Shown piece by piece: positions 1 to 8,874 of a stretch of 64,000 bases of DNA. The stretch is from Rhodospirillales bacterium (lineage in GTDB: Bacteria; Pseudomonadota; Alphaproteobacteria; Rhodospirillales; UBA2165): positions 2,370,971-2,434,970 of the forward strand of contig OZ243926.1 of NCBI GenBank assembly GCA_965213765.1. Direction: 5' to 3'. The notes below the pieces were generated by a model. The model saw only the letters and a program-made list of their open reading frames with translations, was not told the DNA's origin and did no database searches. How positions within the stretch are numbered: the stretch's first letter is position 1; each line of letters opens with the position of its first letter. The position numbers and the translations under genes are program-made.

Positions 1-3000
1 AGCCGGTCCTTGACCGCGGCGAGATAATCCTCGACTTCACGGCGGGTTTCGGTTGCTTCGTCGAGTTGGGAGAGCACCTTCCCGAGCGACCGGCGCGGGC
101 GGTCTTCAAGTGCAGGGTTTTCGGCCAATACCACCATGCGGGCACGGAGTTGTTCGTAGCCGTTCACATATATGGCATGGACACCGGCCCGTTCCGCCGC
201 CGCGAGATGATCGCTCCACTCCTGCCGCAATTCCGAATAGGCATCCCACGCGATATCCTCTTTCGTAGGCGTGGATGGTTCCTCCACGGACGGTGCCGAC
301 AGCACTGGCGGGGTTTGTACACCGGGCTCCCGACCGGCCGGCACGGCAACGGTTTCAAGCGGCGGTACGCCCTCGCGCGTCCCCTGGCGCCCCCCGGGCT
401 TAAGCCCTTGTTGTTCGGCTTCCTTCTTAATCCGAAGCACATGGCGCATGGTGGCCGCGCGCCGGTGGCGCCGCGCCCGGGTATGGAGGTTCTCGAATGC
501 GTCGAGGTCCCTGCGTCCGATACCGCCCTGCTCCGCCAGCAGGGATGCGAAGTCGTCCGGCCGGGCGCGGAAGGCTTCGGCCTGCTTCAGCAACACCGCA
601 TGGCGGGCGAGGGTCTCGCTGTAGGCTTCGCCGAGCGCCACCGCATCGCCTTCAATGCGGGTCCGTTCGCGGAGGAAGTCGTAGGCCGCCAGAACCTGCC
701 TGCGGCCGTCGGCGAACGAAGCGACCGCCTGGGTATGGCGCCAGCCGAAGGCGGTGCGCCGGACATCCCGCGCGATGCGGGCCAGCGCGTCGCCGGTCGC
801 CGCTGCGGGGTTATCACCCGCCCCGCCTCGGGATTGGCCGGGGGCTTCGCCCCGGACATCGCCCCGGGATTCACCAAGGGAACGGCTTTCGTCCTCCCGG
901 ACATTCTCCCGGATATCTTCCCATACGCCATCGGCCATGTAGTCGAGCGCCGCCTCCTTGGGCTGCGAGCGCGACCAGCGTTCGGCAAGGTATTCCCTGA
1001 TCTCGGTATCCGTCACCGCCGCTTCCCGGTCGTCATCGGCCCGCCGGTCGGCGATATCGAGGGCGAGCGGCGCCCGGTTGACATATATGTCCAGTGCCTC
1101 GCGATGGCGCGTAGCCGCCGGATAGATGGTTTCCCGCGAGGGCCGCGCATCGGCCAGCAGGAACGTCCGGTCCACGGTCAGCCCCTGGGCGGACGTGATG
1201 GTCAGCGCATAGCCGTGGTCGAGACGGATATTGCCGTACCAGTCGCGGATCTCGTCGTGGCGGAATGATACGGACCGCCCGTCCTCGGTGCGCGCCGTTA
1301 TCAGGACACCCGGCTCCGCGCCGGCCTCGGCTTTTTCAACCTTAAAGTCGTCGACCGTGACCACGGTGCCGTTGAACAGCTGCTTCTCCCAGTGCGTCGC
1401 GCCGATGCGCAGGCAATCGCCGCGCATGATCTCCAGCGGCGAGGTCGCCCGGTCGTCCTCCATGCCCCTGCTGACCATCACCGTCACCCCCAGGTCACCA
1501 AGCGAAGCTCGGTCAATTCGGGACGAAATGACCTTAACTGACCGCTCTCCACCCTGCCGGTCCGCGAACCGGCGTTCCCGCATCAGATGGGACAGCGCCC
1601 GCACCTCGGCCCGGGTGCGCGCCAGCACCACGGCGGACTTGCCGGGGTTGGCCCGCCGGTAGCGGTCCCAGTCGTCGACCAGGCGGGTCAGCGTGTTTTC
1701 CTCGTCATACCCCATATGGAACCGCCCGCGTAGATGATGGGCCTCAATGGCCGATGCCGCATCGCCGTCGCGCAGCGCCTCCGATGCCGCCACCTGCCAC
1801 GGCGTGAATACGGGCTTGTCCTCCATCGCCTCGTATTCGGCGACAATACGGGCGCGGTCCCGCTCCGCCATCGAACCCGCCAGGAGGAGTGCTTTCTCAG
1901 GCGTCTCGCCATGGACGTGAACCAGGATGTCCTCCAGGTCCGCCTTCTGGCGCCGTATGCGGTCCACCCGGACACTGCCGACGGCGTCACGGATCAGCCT
2001 CAGCCCCGGTCCCGCCCCGACGGGCTGCTGTTGCTGGGTATCGCCGGCGAAGACGATCTTCGCCCCATGACGTTCGGAGAGCTGGAGAATGTGATGCGCC
2101 TGGCGGGTCGACAGCATCCCCGCCTCGTCGACGATGATGGTGGTGTCTCCATCGATCTCGATCCCGCCCCGCGCGGCAAGGCGCAGCAGCTTGTCGACGC
2201 AGAACGGGCGCGCATCGACGTCGTTGCCGAGCGCCACCGCGGTGCGCCAGGCGACCGCCGTGGCGATGATGCTCCGCCCGTGTTCACGGTAGAGATCGGC
2301 GATGGGACGCAATGTCGTGGTCTTGCCCGAGCCCGCCGCCCCCTCGATGATGGCGACCCGGCCCGCCGATGGTGGGTCGGTCAGTCGCTTCGCTTTGTGA
2401 CCTGAGGTCAGTCGCTTCGCTTGGTGACCTGATGTAACATACCGGATCGCATTTATCTGTTCCGCGCTCAGCGGATAGCCCGCTTCCAGCAGCCCCGTCA
2501 CCTTTGCGTCGATAGCCCGGGCGGGCAGCGATTGTCCCGTGTCGTCGGCCATATCTTCAATGCCGCCCGGACGCACCGGGACGGCCATGCGCTCCGCCAT
2601 CTCCCTGACTTTCATCTCCATTTCCAGGTTGTGACGGGTTGAATACAGCCTTGTATGCGCCATGTCGGCCCGGCCCTCGGCCGAACGCGGCGGGCGGGTC
2701 AAGCGCACCACCTCCGGGCTCAGCAGGACACGCTCGATGCTGGTCGCCACCGCATCCCGGTTTAGCAGCCCGGCCGTGGCATTGCCCACCCGCTCGACGA
2801 TGTCGGGAAGACGGAATACCGCTTCCTCGCGGGTCAGGCGGTCGGGCAGGTCTTCCAGGACCTCCGTCAGCGCCCGGACCTGCTCTTGGGTCGTCTCTTC
2901 CGCCGTGCCCAGGAGCGAGGCGATCAACAATTCGCGCTCGACATACCCCTCCGCTTCGCGGCGCCAGCGGGCGTGGCGGATCTCCGGGTCGTTGTCCGGC

Positions 3001-3893
3001 GACTTGCCGGCCCGGGTGATCTTGTTGGCCGCCGCCGCACGCGGCGCGTTGCCCTGGACCGTGAACCCCATCTCCCGGGCCGCGTCGATAATCGCGGCGC
3101 GGCGCTTCGACCAGTGTCCCGTCAGGTCCCCGGGCATGCCGGCGATGCGGGTGAACCTCAGGTCACCAAGCGAAGCTCGGTCAATTCGGGACGAAATGAC
3201 CTTAACTGACCGCCCGTCCCTGCCATACTGCTCCATGAGGATGCCCAGGCGTTCCCGCAGGCTCCAGGCCAGCGCATTGCGGTAGACCGCCCCCGCCGCC
3301 TTCATCCAGCTGTAGGCCGGGTGCTGGTGCAATGCCCGGTACCTGCCGTCCCGGTGTGTCCGGGCGGCATTGAAGATCACGCAGTGGGTATGCAGCTGCG
3401 GGTCGTTGTCCCGGCTGGTTCCATGCTGGAACATGGCCGCCGATATGTCGGCGGGCAGCACCTCGATCTCGCCCGCCCTGCTGCGGATGCGGGTATAGGC
3501 GCAGTGACGCAGCACCGTCTCCTCGAGTGCTGTCCGTGCCGCATCGTTATGCGCCCGCTCGATCTCCGAACGCAGTTCCGGATCGGCGACGGCCCACAGG
3601 GCCGAGACGCTCTTGTCGGCGCTGAACGTCATGTCGAGACCCGCGGACCGCCGCTCGCTGCCGGCGTTCTGTGTGAGCTTGTCTCCGGTGTCCGGCGCGA
3701 AACCGTTATACAGCCGGTGGAAGTCCGCGCTGTCGACCCTGCTGCCGTCAACAAGACCGAACAGGCCCTTCGGATTGAACCAGACGCCGTCCGGTTCCTC
3801 TCCCGCCGTATAGTACTCGTTGGGATGCCGGAAGGAGCGCTGGTTCTCCAGGTAATAGGCCGCCGATGCGGCCTGGGCCAGGGTGGCTACCAT
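1..3893 (-). CDS. TrwC-family (MOBF) conjugative relaxase fused to a RecD-like helicase; the 3' end runs off the left window edge, which is why it is absent from the ORF track
   Basis: Own minus-strand translation from ATG 3893: MVATLAQAASAAYYLENQ... Relaxase motifs LDMTFSADKSVS and HGTSRDNDPQLHTHCVIFN; Walker A GAAGSGKTT near 2310-2340; IIVDEAGM Walker B. The frame stays open to position 1. Confidence 0.9.
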   Translation of the reverse strand, partial: MVATLAQAASAAYYLENQRSFRHPNEYYTAGEEPDGVWFNPKGLFGLVDGSRVDSADFHRLYNGFAPDTGDKLTQNAGSERRSAGLDMTFSADKSVSALWAVADPELRSEIERAHNDAARTALEETVLRHCAYTRIRSRAGEIEVLPADISAAMFQHGTSRDNDPQLHTHCVIFNAARTHRDGRYRALHQHPAYSWMKAAGAVYRNALAWSLRERLGILMEQYGRDGRSVKVISSRIDRASLGDLRFTRIAGMPGDLTGHWSKRRAAIIDAAREMGFTVQGNAPRAAAANKITRAGKSPDNDPEIRHARWRREAEGYVERELLIASLLGTAEETTQEQVRALTEVLEDLPDRLTREEAVFRLPDIVERVGNATAGLLNRDAVATSIERVLLSPEVVRLTRPPRSAEGRADMAHTRLYSTRHNLEMEMKVREMAERMAVPVRPGGIEDMADDTGQSLPARAIDAKVTGLLEAGYPLSAEQINAIRYVTSGHQAKRLTSGHKAKRLTDPPSAGRVAIIEGAAGSGKTTTLRPIADLYREHGRSIIATAVAWRTAVALGNDVDARPFCVDKLLRLAARGGIEIDGDTTIIVDEAGMLSTRQAHHILQLSERHGAKIVFAGDTQQQQPVGAGPGLRLIRDAVGSVRVDRIRRQKADLEDILVHVHGETPEKALLLAGSMAERDRARIVAEYEAMEDKPVFTPWQVAASEALRDGDAASAIEAHHLRGRFHMGYDEENTLTRLVDDWDRYRRANPGKSAVVLARTRAEVRALSHLMRERRFADRQGGERSVKVISSRIDRASLGDLGVTVMVSRGMEDDRATSPLEIMRGDCLRIGATHWEKQLFNGTVVTVDDFKVEKAEAGAEPGVLITARTEDGRSVSFRHDEIRDWYGNIRLDHGYALTITSAQGLTVDRTFLLADARPSRETIYPAATRHREALDIYVNRAPLALDIADRRADDDREAAVTDTEIREYLAERWSRSQPKEAALDYMADGVWEDIRENVREDESRSLGESRGDVRGEAPGQSRGGAGDNPAAATGDALARIARDVRRTAFGWRHTQAVASFADGRRQVLAAYDFLRERTRIEGDAVALGEAYSETLARHAVLLKQAEAFRARPDDFASLLAEQGGIGRRDLDAFENLHTRARRHRRAATMRHVLRIKKEAEQQGLKPGGRQGTREGVPPLETVAVPAGREPGVQTPPVLSAPSVEEPSTPTKEDIAWDAYSELRQEWSDHLAAAERAGVHAIYVNGYEQLRARMVVLAENPALEDRPRRSLGKVLSQLDEATETRREVEDYLAAVKDR
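1491..1545. repeat. Long form (54-55 nt) of a short palindromic repeat, inserted in frame in the relaxase gene
   Basis: caggtcaccaagcgaagctcggtcaattcgggacgaaatgaccttaactgaccgc is identical to 3159-3213. Nested ggtca/tgacc inverted motifs. Encodes RSVKVISSRIDRASLGDL on the coding strand. Confidence 0.9.
2379..2432. repeat. Two tandem 27-nt short-form copies of the same repeat, in the opposite orientation, in frame in the relaxase gene
   Basis: ggtcagtcgcttcgcttKgtgacctga x2. The reverse complement equals the two termini of the 54-nt element (tcaggtcaccaagcgaagc..ctgacc) with the central 30 nt missing. Encodes SGHQAKRLT SGHKAKRLT just upstream of the Walker A motif. Confidence 0.85.
3159..3213. 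repeat. Second long-form copy of the repeat, in frame in the relaxase domain
   Basis: 55/55 identity to 1491-1545. It sits between ..MEQYGRDG and RFTRIAGMPGDL.., a segment that reads as contiguous once the 18 codons are removed. Confidence 0.9.
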
Positions 3894-4347
3894 GCGACTG
3901 ACCGACCCGGGTCACATGGCCGGATTATGATTGTTTCGGCTCTCACAATTCGGGCCTTGGAAGTTCCTATATTTTACAGAGGCTTACCGAAACGGCTGTG
4001 CGGTATTCACAAACCGGGGCAAAGCTCATTACTTTCATCGAAGTCAGCGCACCGGGGTGCAGAGGTGTGCGCCAAGAAAGAAACTCCGTTCTCCTTTTGT
4101 TCGCATAGAGCATACGCATATAAGGGGAGACCGCAAGGGGTTTGGGGCCGCTTCCATGTTGGCGTGTTCGCTTGGCATTCGAAGCATCTCCTCGCAGTTG
4201 CACTCGGGGAAGGTTTGGAAGGCGGGCGGACCGTCGTGGCCGGCGTTATGGTTTGCCAAGACTCCTACGATTTGGAACGATGATCGGATAGCCGACGACC
4301 ACATCCGGGCCTGATCGCGGATACCGGAACCAGCGGGGAGACCGACG
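3894..4347. promoter_or_regulatory. Divergent intergenic region; putative oriT and promoters
   Basis: About 450 bp with visibly lower GC, between the divergently oriented relaxase gene and a small gene. Contains short inverted repeats (gacccgggtc near 3903; gcgcac..gtgcgc near 4049-4075). No nic site could be recognised. Confidence 0.35.
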
Positions 4348-4650
4348 ATGCCGGCAAGACGTTTCAACGAAGCGGATATCGACTTCGACGCAATAGACGG
4401 CGAATTGGCGAAACTCGCGCCGCCAAAGCTGAGCCTGGCGGATGTGCTGGAGCGGCTGCGCAAGCGGCTGGTCGAGCAACAGGCCAAGGGCGTTACGGTG
4501 GCTCAGATGCGTGAGGTGTTGAACGCAAACGGTATCGCTATCACGGAGCGCAGTCTGCGGACGTTCCTGACCAAGGGGGTGTTGCCGGGAAGGAAGGTTG
4601 CCGAGGCCGCACGGTCCATGGTCTCGGAAGAAGGCAAGGATCCGTTCTGA
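4348..4650 (+). CDS. Small hypothetical protein, possible relaxosome accessory or DNA-binding protein
   Basis: 100-aa ORF divergent from the relaxase gene, with coding-like composition and a GC-rich hairpin just downstream (about 4668-4690). Function is inferred from position only. Confidence 0.5.
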   Translation: MPARRFNEADIDFDAIDGELAKLAPPKLSLADVLERLRKRLVEQQAKGVTVAQMREVLNANGIAITERSLRTFLTKGVLPGRKVAEAARSMVSEEGKDPF

Positions 4651-4835
4651 ACCGGGCGCCGGCGGGGCGCTTCAGCGCCCGCGTTCGGCGATGGCGCGAA
4701 GCGCCGAGCGTGAGCCCGCATGGTTGGCGGCGGCGATGCATCGTTCGAAGAACGAGGAGCCGCCGGCGAGCGTAAGCTCGCACAATTGGCGGTGGCGCGA
4801 GGCGCCCCGTCATGGGCCGTGACTTTATGCACCTG

Positions 4836-4881
4836 GCAAAATAAAAGGCCGGCCTCCGCCGTGTGATGGCGGGGACCGGCC
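4836..4881 (-). terminator. Strong intrinsic terminator-like hairpin on the minus strand
   Basis: ggccggcctccgcc / ggcggggaccggcc 14-nt stem (one mismatch, one GU pair), 7-nt loop, followed on the minus strand by ttttatttt. Confidence 0.5.
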
Positions 4882-5562
4882 CTGGACGGTGCCGATTTTC
4901 AAGCTACCAGATTGGTAGCTGTCATCTGCCAGCGCATGCCGCTGGAGCGCCCTCTTTCGGATTGAGGATACGCGCTCTGGCGGCGGAGCGGGCCGGTCCG
5001 TGTTGCCCGGATAAGTCAATGCCTTGATTTTCCACGCTCTTCACGGCGCGCTGTAGCGGCGGGGCCTGGCGCGCTGTAGCGGCGGACTATTTCCGGCACG
5101 ACAGGGATACGCAAAATCAACAACCTGCGCAGCCCATCGCAGTCAGTCGCAGCCTCCGCTATGACCGCAGAGGAACTGCGTCAGGTGTGACGAAACGCCG
5201 CTCCGCGGTCCAGAAGGCTAAAAGCGTGCAGCGATGTTCATGGGGGCATCGACGCCGTCGAAGACGGCGGAGGGGAGCCGCCACGGTGATTAAGTGGCGG
5301 CTGGTGCGGACACTGCCATGGGTCGGCGTGTCGAACGCGGTGACGGCGGGCTCGTTGGGAGCGCCGTCACGAGTGCCGCGAGCGGTGCGCCGGGATCGGC
5401 GAACAACCGCGAGCGGCGAGCGACAGCGAGCCGGAGCACGAGCGCGGCGCGAAGCGCGCGCGAGGACGGCGTCGCCGCGCCACCGGTGTGCGAAGGAAGA
5501 AACGGGCCGCGCCGCCACCTCCCGTTGCCGGGGATGATGACGCGGCCCGCGAGGCGGTGCGG

Positions 5563-6495
5563 TCAGGCCGCACACCGGGCGACCGGGATACCGAGGGTGC
5601 GCGCCTTGTCGACGAGGTTCTCGGTGATGCCGGAGCCGGGGAACGCGATCACGCCCTTCGGCAGGAGGTTGAGCAGTTCGTCGTTGCGCCTGAACGGGGC
5701 GGCACGGCCGTGGCGGTCCCAGTCCGGCTTGCAGACAACCTGGTGGACACCGTTGCGCTCTGCCCAGCTTGCCGCGATCTTCTCGACGCCGGGACCGCCG
5801 CCATGGACAAGGACGATGTCGGCGCACTTCGCCTTCGCCGTGTCGAGGCGCGCGATCACCGCGGCCGGGTCGGCGACGTCCCTGCCGCCGGCGATGGCGA
5901 CGAGGGTGCCCTCGGGCAGGTGCGCTTGCGTCTCGCGGTCCTTCCTCGCGCGGATGAAGTCGCGGGCATCGATGCTGGCGGCGGTCAGCTTGCCGGTCTG
6001 CGAGACGTGGCTGCCGTGACGCGGGCGCCAGACCTCGCCGGTCTCGCCGCGGTACTGCTCGGCCACGGCGTCGCGCATGGTCTCGAAGGCGTCGCGGCGG
6101 TCGCCGAGGCTCCGCGCGCGGTCGGTGACGAGTTCGAGTTCGCGCGACTTGATCTCGGAGCCGTCCTGGGCGCGCTGGAGGTCGCGCAACTCCGGGCTGA
6201 GCCGGTCGACGGAGCGGTCGAGGCGGCGGACCTGGGCGTCGAGGCAGTTGACGAAGCCCCAGAGCAGGCTCTCGCGCTCGTCGGCCAACTGGAACCCGTC
6301 CGGGCAGGCGCCCCCGGCGATGATGCGGAAGGCCTCGGCGACGGCGTCGGTGGCGCTGTCGGGGTCCCATACCTCGCGGGGGTCGAACTCGTCCCGCTCG
6401 GGGGTTGCGCCGTAGAGGGCGGCGTTCTCGCAGATTGTCGCGGTGACGGACTGCCCGGCGGTCTCGATGGTGTCGATGTTCTCGATGGTGGTCAT
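5563..6495 (-). CDS. DUF2493 (SLOG/YspA-like) domain protein typical of conjugative elements
   Basis: Start MTTIENIDTIE preceded by an AAGGAG RBS. C-terminal IVLVHGGGPGVEKIAASWAERNGV..KPDW..HGRAAPFRRNDELL matches the recalled DUF2493 signature. Confidence 0.75.
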   Translation of the reverse strand: MTTIENIDTIETAGQSVTATICENAALYGATPERDEFDPREVWDPDSATDAVAEAFRIIAGGACPDGFQLADERESLLWGFVNCLDAQVRRLDRSVDRLSPELRDLQRAQDGSEIKSRELELVTDRARSLGDRRDAFETMRDAVAEQYRGETGEVWRPRHGSHVSQTGKLTAASIDARDFIRARKDRETQAHLPEGTLVAIAGGRDVADPAAVIARLDTAKAKCADIVLVHGGGPGVEKIAASWAERNGVHQVVCKPDWDRHGRAAPFRRNDELLNLLPKGVIAFPGSGITENLVDKARTLGIPVARCAA

Positions 6496-6868
6496 GACGA
6501 TCTCCTTGATGATCGGGTTGCAGCGATCGGAGCGTTGCGCCCCGAAGTGATGTCCTGTTGGGAACCGCGCGCGCAGCGGAAGCACCTGGCCTTGGAAGCT
6601 CTTGGGGCGGAGTGGTGCGGAAAGTCGTCGAGTGGTGCGGAAGATCGCTCCGCGATCTTCACGGTCGGCGGCTTTCACGGTCCGCCCTTAGAGCTTCTTC
6701 GGCCAGGCCGTAGGGAGCCCGGCGACCGGAGGACCCCGGAGGGGTTGCTGTAGCGAGCACGTGGATCACAATTGGACAGCACGAAGGATGGGCTATTTCT
6801 TTCCACCCGCACCGGCCCCATCGGCGGTTCGGCCTGGCACATCGTTGAAAGGGAGGCACGGCGGCGCC

Positions 6869-7204
6869 TCACGCATCGGACCGCTCCGCCAGAACCCCGG
6901 ACGCCCATTCCGCGGCGCGGGCCAGAACATCGCCGTGGCAGGGCAGCGGCTCGCACCAGCAAGCCAGCCAGCACCCGTCCAGTTCGGCCAGTTCTTCCAG
7001 CGGGACCTCGCCCGCGCGGATGCGCTCCCAGAGATGGACGCGGTAGCGGGCAATAACCTGCTCGCGGTCGCCGTCGGCTCCCAGCCTGAACGGATTGCGC
7101 CACTTGGTGCGGCGGTCGATCAGCACGGTGTTGTCGACGACGTGGGCATATTCGAACGCCTCGCGCAGCTTCGGCTCGTGCTTCAGGTTGATGATGGCTC
7201 TCAT
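6869..7204 (-). CDS. DUF4326 domain protein
   Basis: MRAIINLKHEP..RTKWRNPF..ARYRVHLW..LDGCWLACWCEPLPCHGDVL; GGAGGAG RBS upstream of ATG 7204. Confidence 0.7.
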   Translation of the reverse strand: MRAIINLKHEPKLREAFEYAHVVDNTVLIDRRTKWRNPFRLGADGDREQVIARYRVHLWERIRAGEVPLEELAELDGCWLACWCEPLPCHGDVLARAAEWASGVLAERSDA

Positions 7205-7363
7205 GGACTCCTCCTCGTGTCGGCTCGCCCGATCTTCCGCTCTCCTTTTCCTCCAGTTGGCGGGCACGATGACCGTGGCGGCGACGGCCGCCCGCGCCCG
7301 CATCGCGGCCCGCGCGCAGCGCCGGGCGAGATACCCGGCCGGGAAGAGGCTCCAGGTGGGCAG

Positions 7364-7394
7364 CAAAAAAAGGCCGGCGCGCGAGGCGCCGGCC
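7364..7394 (-). terminator. Rho-independent terminator downstream of ssb
   Basis: ggccggcgc gcgag gcgccggcc hairpin, with a plus-strand A-run that gives a T-run after the stem on the minus strand. Confidence 0.65.
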
Positions 7395-7422
7395 CAGTTG
7401 GGGAGGAACGATGACGGGTCGA

Positions 7423-7857
7423 CTAGAAAGGAATATCGTTGTCATCTGCCGTCGTGGCGGCCGGCGCGCTCTCGCCGTTCGCCGCCGGCGCACCATTTCC
7501 GTTCGGCTTGTCGAGGAACTGTACCCTGCCGCCGGGAACCAGCAGGATCTCGGTCGAGAACCGGTCCGAGTCCTCGCCGTCCTTGCGCCACTTGCGGGTC
7601 TGCAGCTTGCCCGAGACGTAGACCAAACGGCCCTTCTTGGCGTGCTTCTCCATCATCTCCACCAGGCCGTCCTGGAAGGTGACGACCCGGTGCCACTCGG
7701 TGCGATCCACTTTGTCGCCCGAATTTTTGTCCAGATAGCTTTCGTCGGTCGCGATCGAAACGTTGGCCACGCGGCCGCCGTTGGTGAGATGGCTGATGGT
7801 GGCGTCGGCGCCGAGGCGTCCGATCAACTGTGCGTTATTCAGTCCGAACATGATCAA
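7423..7857 (-). CDS. ssb: Single-stranded DNA-binding protein
   Basis: OB-fold N-terminus (LIGRLGADA..WHRVVTF), Gly/Ala/Pro-rich linker, and the canonical acidic tip DDNDIPF. Confidence 0.95.
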   Translation of the reverse strand: MIMFGLNNAQLIGRLGADATISHLTNGGRVANVSIATDESYLDKNSGDKVDRTEWHRVVTFQDGLVEMMEKHAKKGRLVYVSGKLQTRKWRKDGEDSDRFSTEILLVPGGRVQFLDKPNGNGAPAANGESAPAATTADDNDIPF

Positions 7858-7975
7858 TCTCCTATGATCCGGGTTATGACATCTGGTTGGTGAACGGGGT
7901 CAGGCCTCTCTCGACCCTTCCCCCTTCATCCTTCTCCAAGCCTTCCTCGTCCTCTTTTCAGCTGCCCGCGCCGGT

Positions 7976-8149
7976 TCAGTCCTGGGAGCCGAGAACCTCC
8001 CGGATCGCATGGGCCGGCAATCCGGCCGCGGCCAGCAATGTGCCGGCGTCGGGAAGCGGTGCGGCGAGGCCGGGATCAACATCTTTTGTGTCGGCGGGAT
8101 TGAAAGGGATGTCGTTGGACTCGGTCGGGCCATGAATGGAATCGAACAT
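7976..8149 (-). CDS. 57-aa hypothetical small protein (below the ORF-track cutoff)
   Basis: Own translation MFDSIHGPTESNDIPFNPADTKDVDPGLAAPLPDAGTLLAAAGLPAHAIREVLGSQD, with GGAGA 6 nt upstream of the ATG. Lies immediately upstream of ssb on the same strand. Confidence 0.35.
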   Translation of the reverse strand: MFDSIHGPTESNDIPFNPADTKDVDPGLAAPLPDAGTLLAAAGLPAHAIREVLGSQD

Positions 8150-8365
8150 CGGGCATCTCCGGTTGATGGGGTTGGGACGCCCCCCGGAGGGAACTCTCTT
8201 TTCCCTTGGGCGCGTCGCCCTTCTCTTCGCCTTCCCCTAACTCTCCCGCACGACGGTCGGGGCAGGCCGGAGAGTTGGCGACATGGCATGTCCGGGGGCA
8301 TCGCAGGGCGGCAGCCGTTGGCGCGCCGGATGTCCGATTGTGCCCGGCAGGGGCTGCGCGGGTTG

Positions 8366-8620
8366 TCAGCGCGCCGCGTCGTCGGCGTCCATGATGGCGA
8401 TGACGGCGTCGTCGAGGCCGCCCCTGGCGCCCATCAGAGTGTTCTCGGGATGGAGAAGCCGGTGGCGGAGCCCGGCGCGGTCGTCGCGGGACGCGCCGCG
8501 ATAGCATCCGGCGCGGATCAGTGCAGGGTGCCGCCGGTCGGGCCGCCGGCGCCGGCAGCGGGCGGCGAATGTGGTCCAGGCGGCGCGGTCGAGGCCGAGC
8601 GCCGTGAAGCTGAAAACCAT
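8366..8620 (-). CDS. Hypothetical protein
   Basis: 84-aa ORF co-oriented with its neighbours, with a weak RBS. No family recognised. Confidence 0.3.
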   Translation of the reverse strand: MVFSFTALGLDRAAWTTFAARCRRRRPDRRHPALIRAGCYRGASRDDRAGLRHRLLHPENTLMGARGGLDDAVIAIMDADDAAR

Positions 8621-8874
8621 GCTTCCGGGATCGATCCCGATGATGCTATCCTGATCCGTGGACGCCTTCTCCTTCTGTTGGTGTTTATCACCCTACCAAC
8701 ATGGCACATAGTGGGATGCCGTCTGGAGGAGGCGTCCACCACATCGGATCTGCGGCAGTTCGTCCTCGCCGGCGTGCGGATGGAAGCAATAAGCCGGGTC
8801 GTCGGGCAGGGTGCTGCCGGTCGGACCGGCCGCGCGGCAGGCCGCCCCCCGCGGAGGGCTGCGAGGGAATGCGG

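Noticed and set aside
1491-3213. Template/variable repeat pair of a diversity-generating retroelement
   Set aside because: The two long copies are identical, with no adenine-specific differences. They are only 55 nt long, and no reverse transcriptase gene is present in the window.
66-4283. Long plus-strand ORFs over the first 4 kb (66..1268, 1231..1662, 1734..2405, 2662..3285, 3321..4283)
   Set aside because: The products are Arg/Gly/Pro-rich with no motifs. The opposite strand gives one uninterrupted frame with clear TrwC relaxase and helicase motifs, so these ORFs are high-GC antisense artefacts.
5159-6753. 403-aa minus-strand and 421-aa plus-strand ORFs overlapping the DUF2493 gene
   Set aside because: Extreme Arg/Pro or Gly/Ala/Asp composition with no RBS. 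The 5563..6495 frame has a proper RBS and a recognisable domain.
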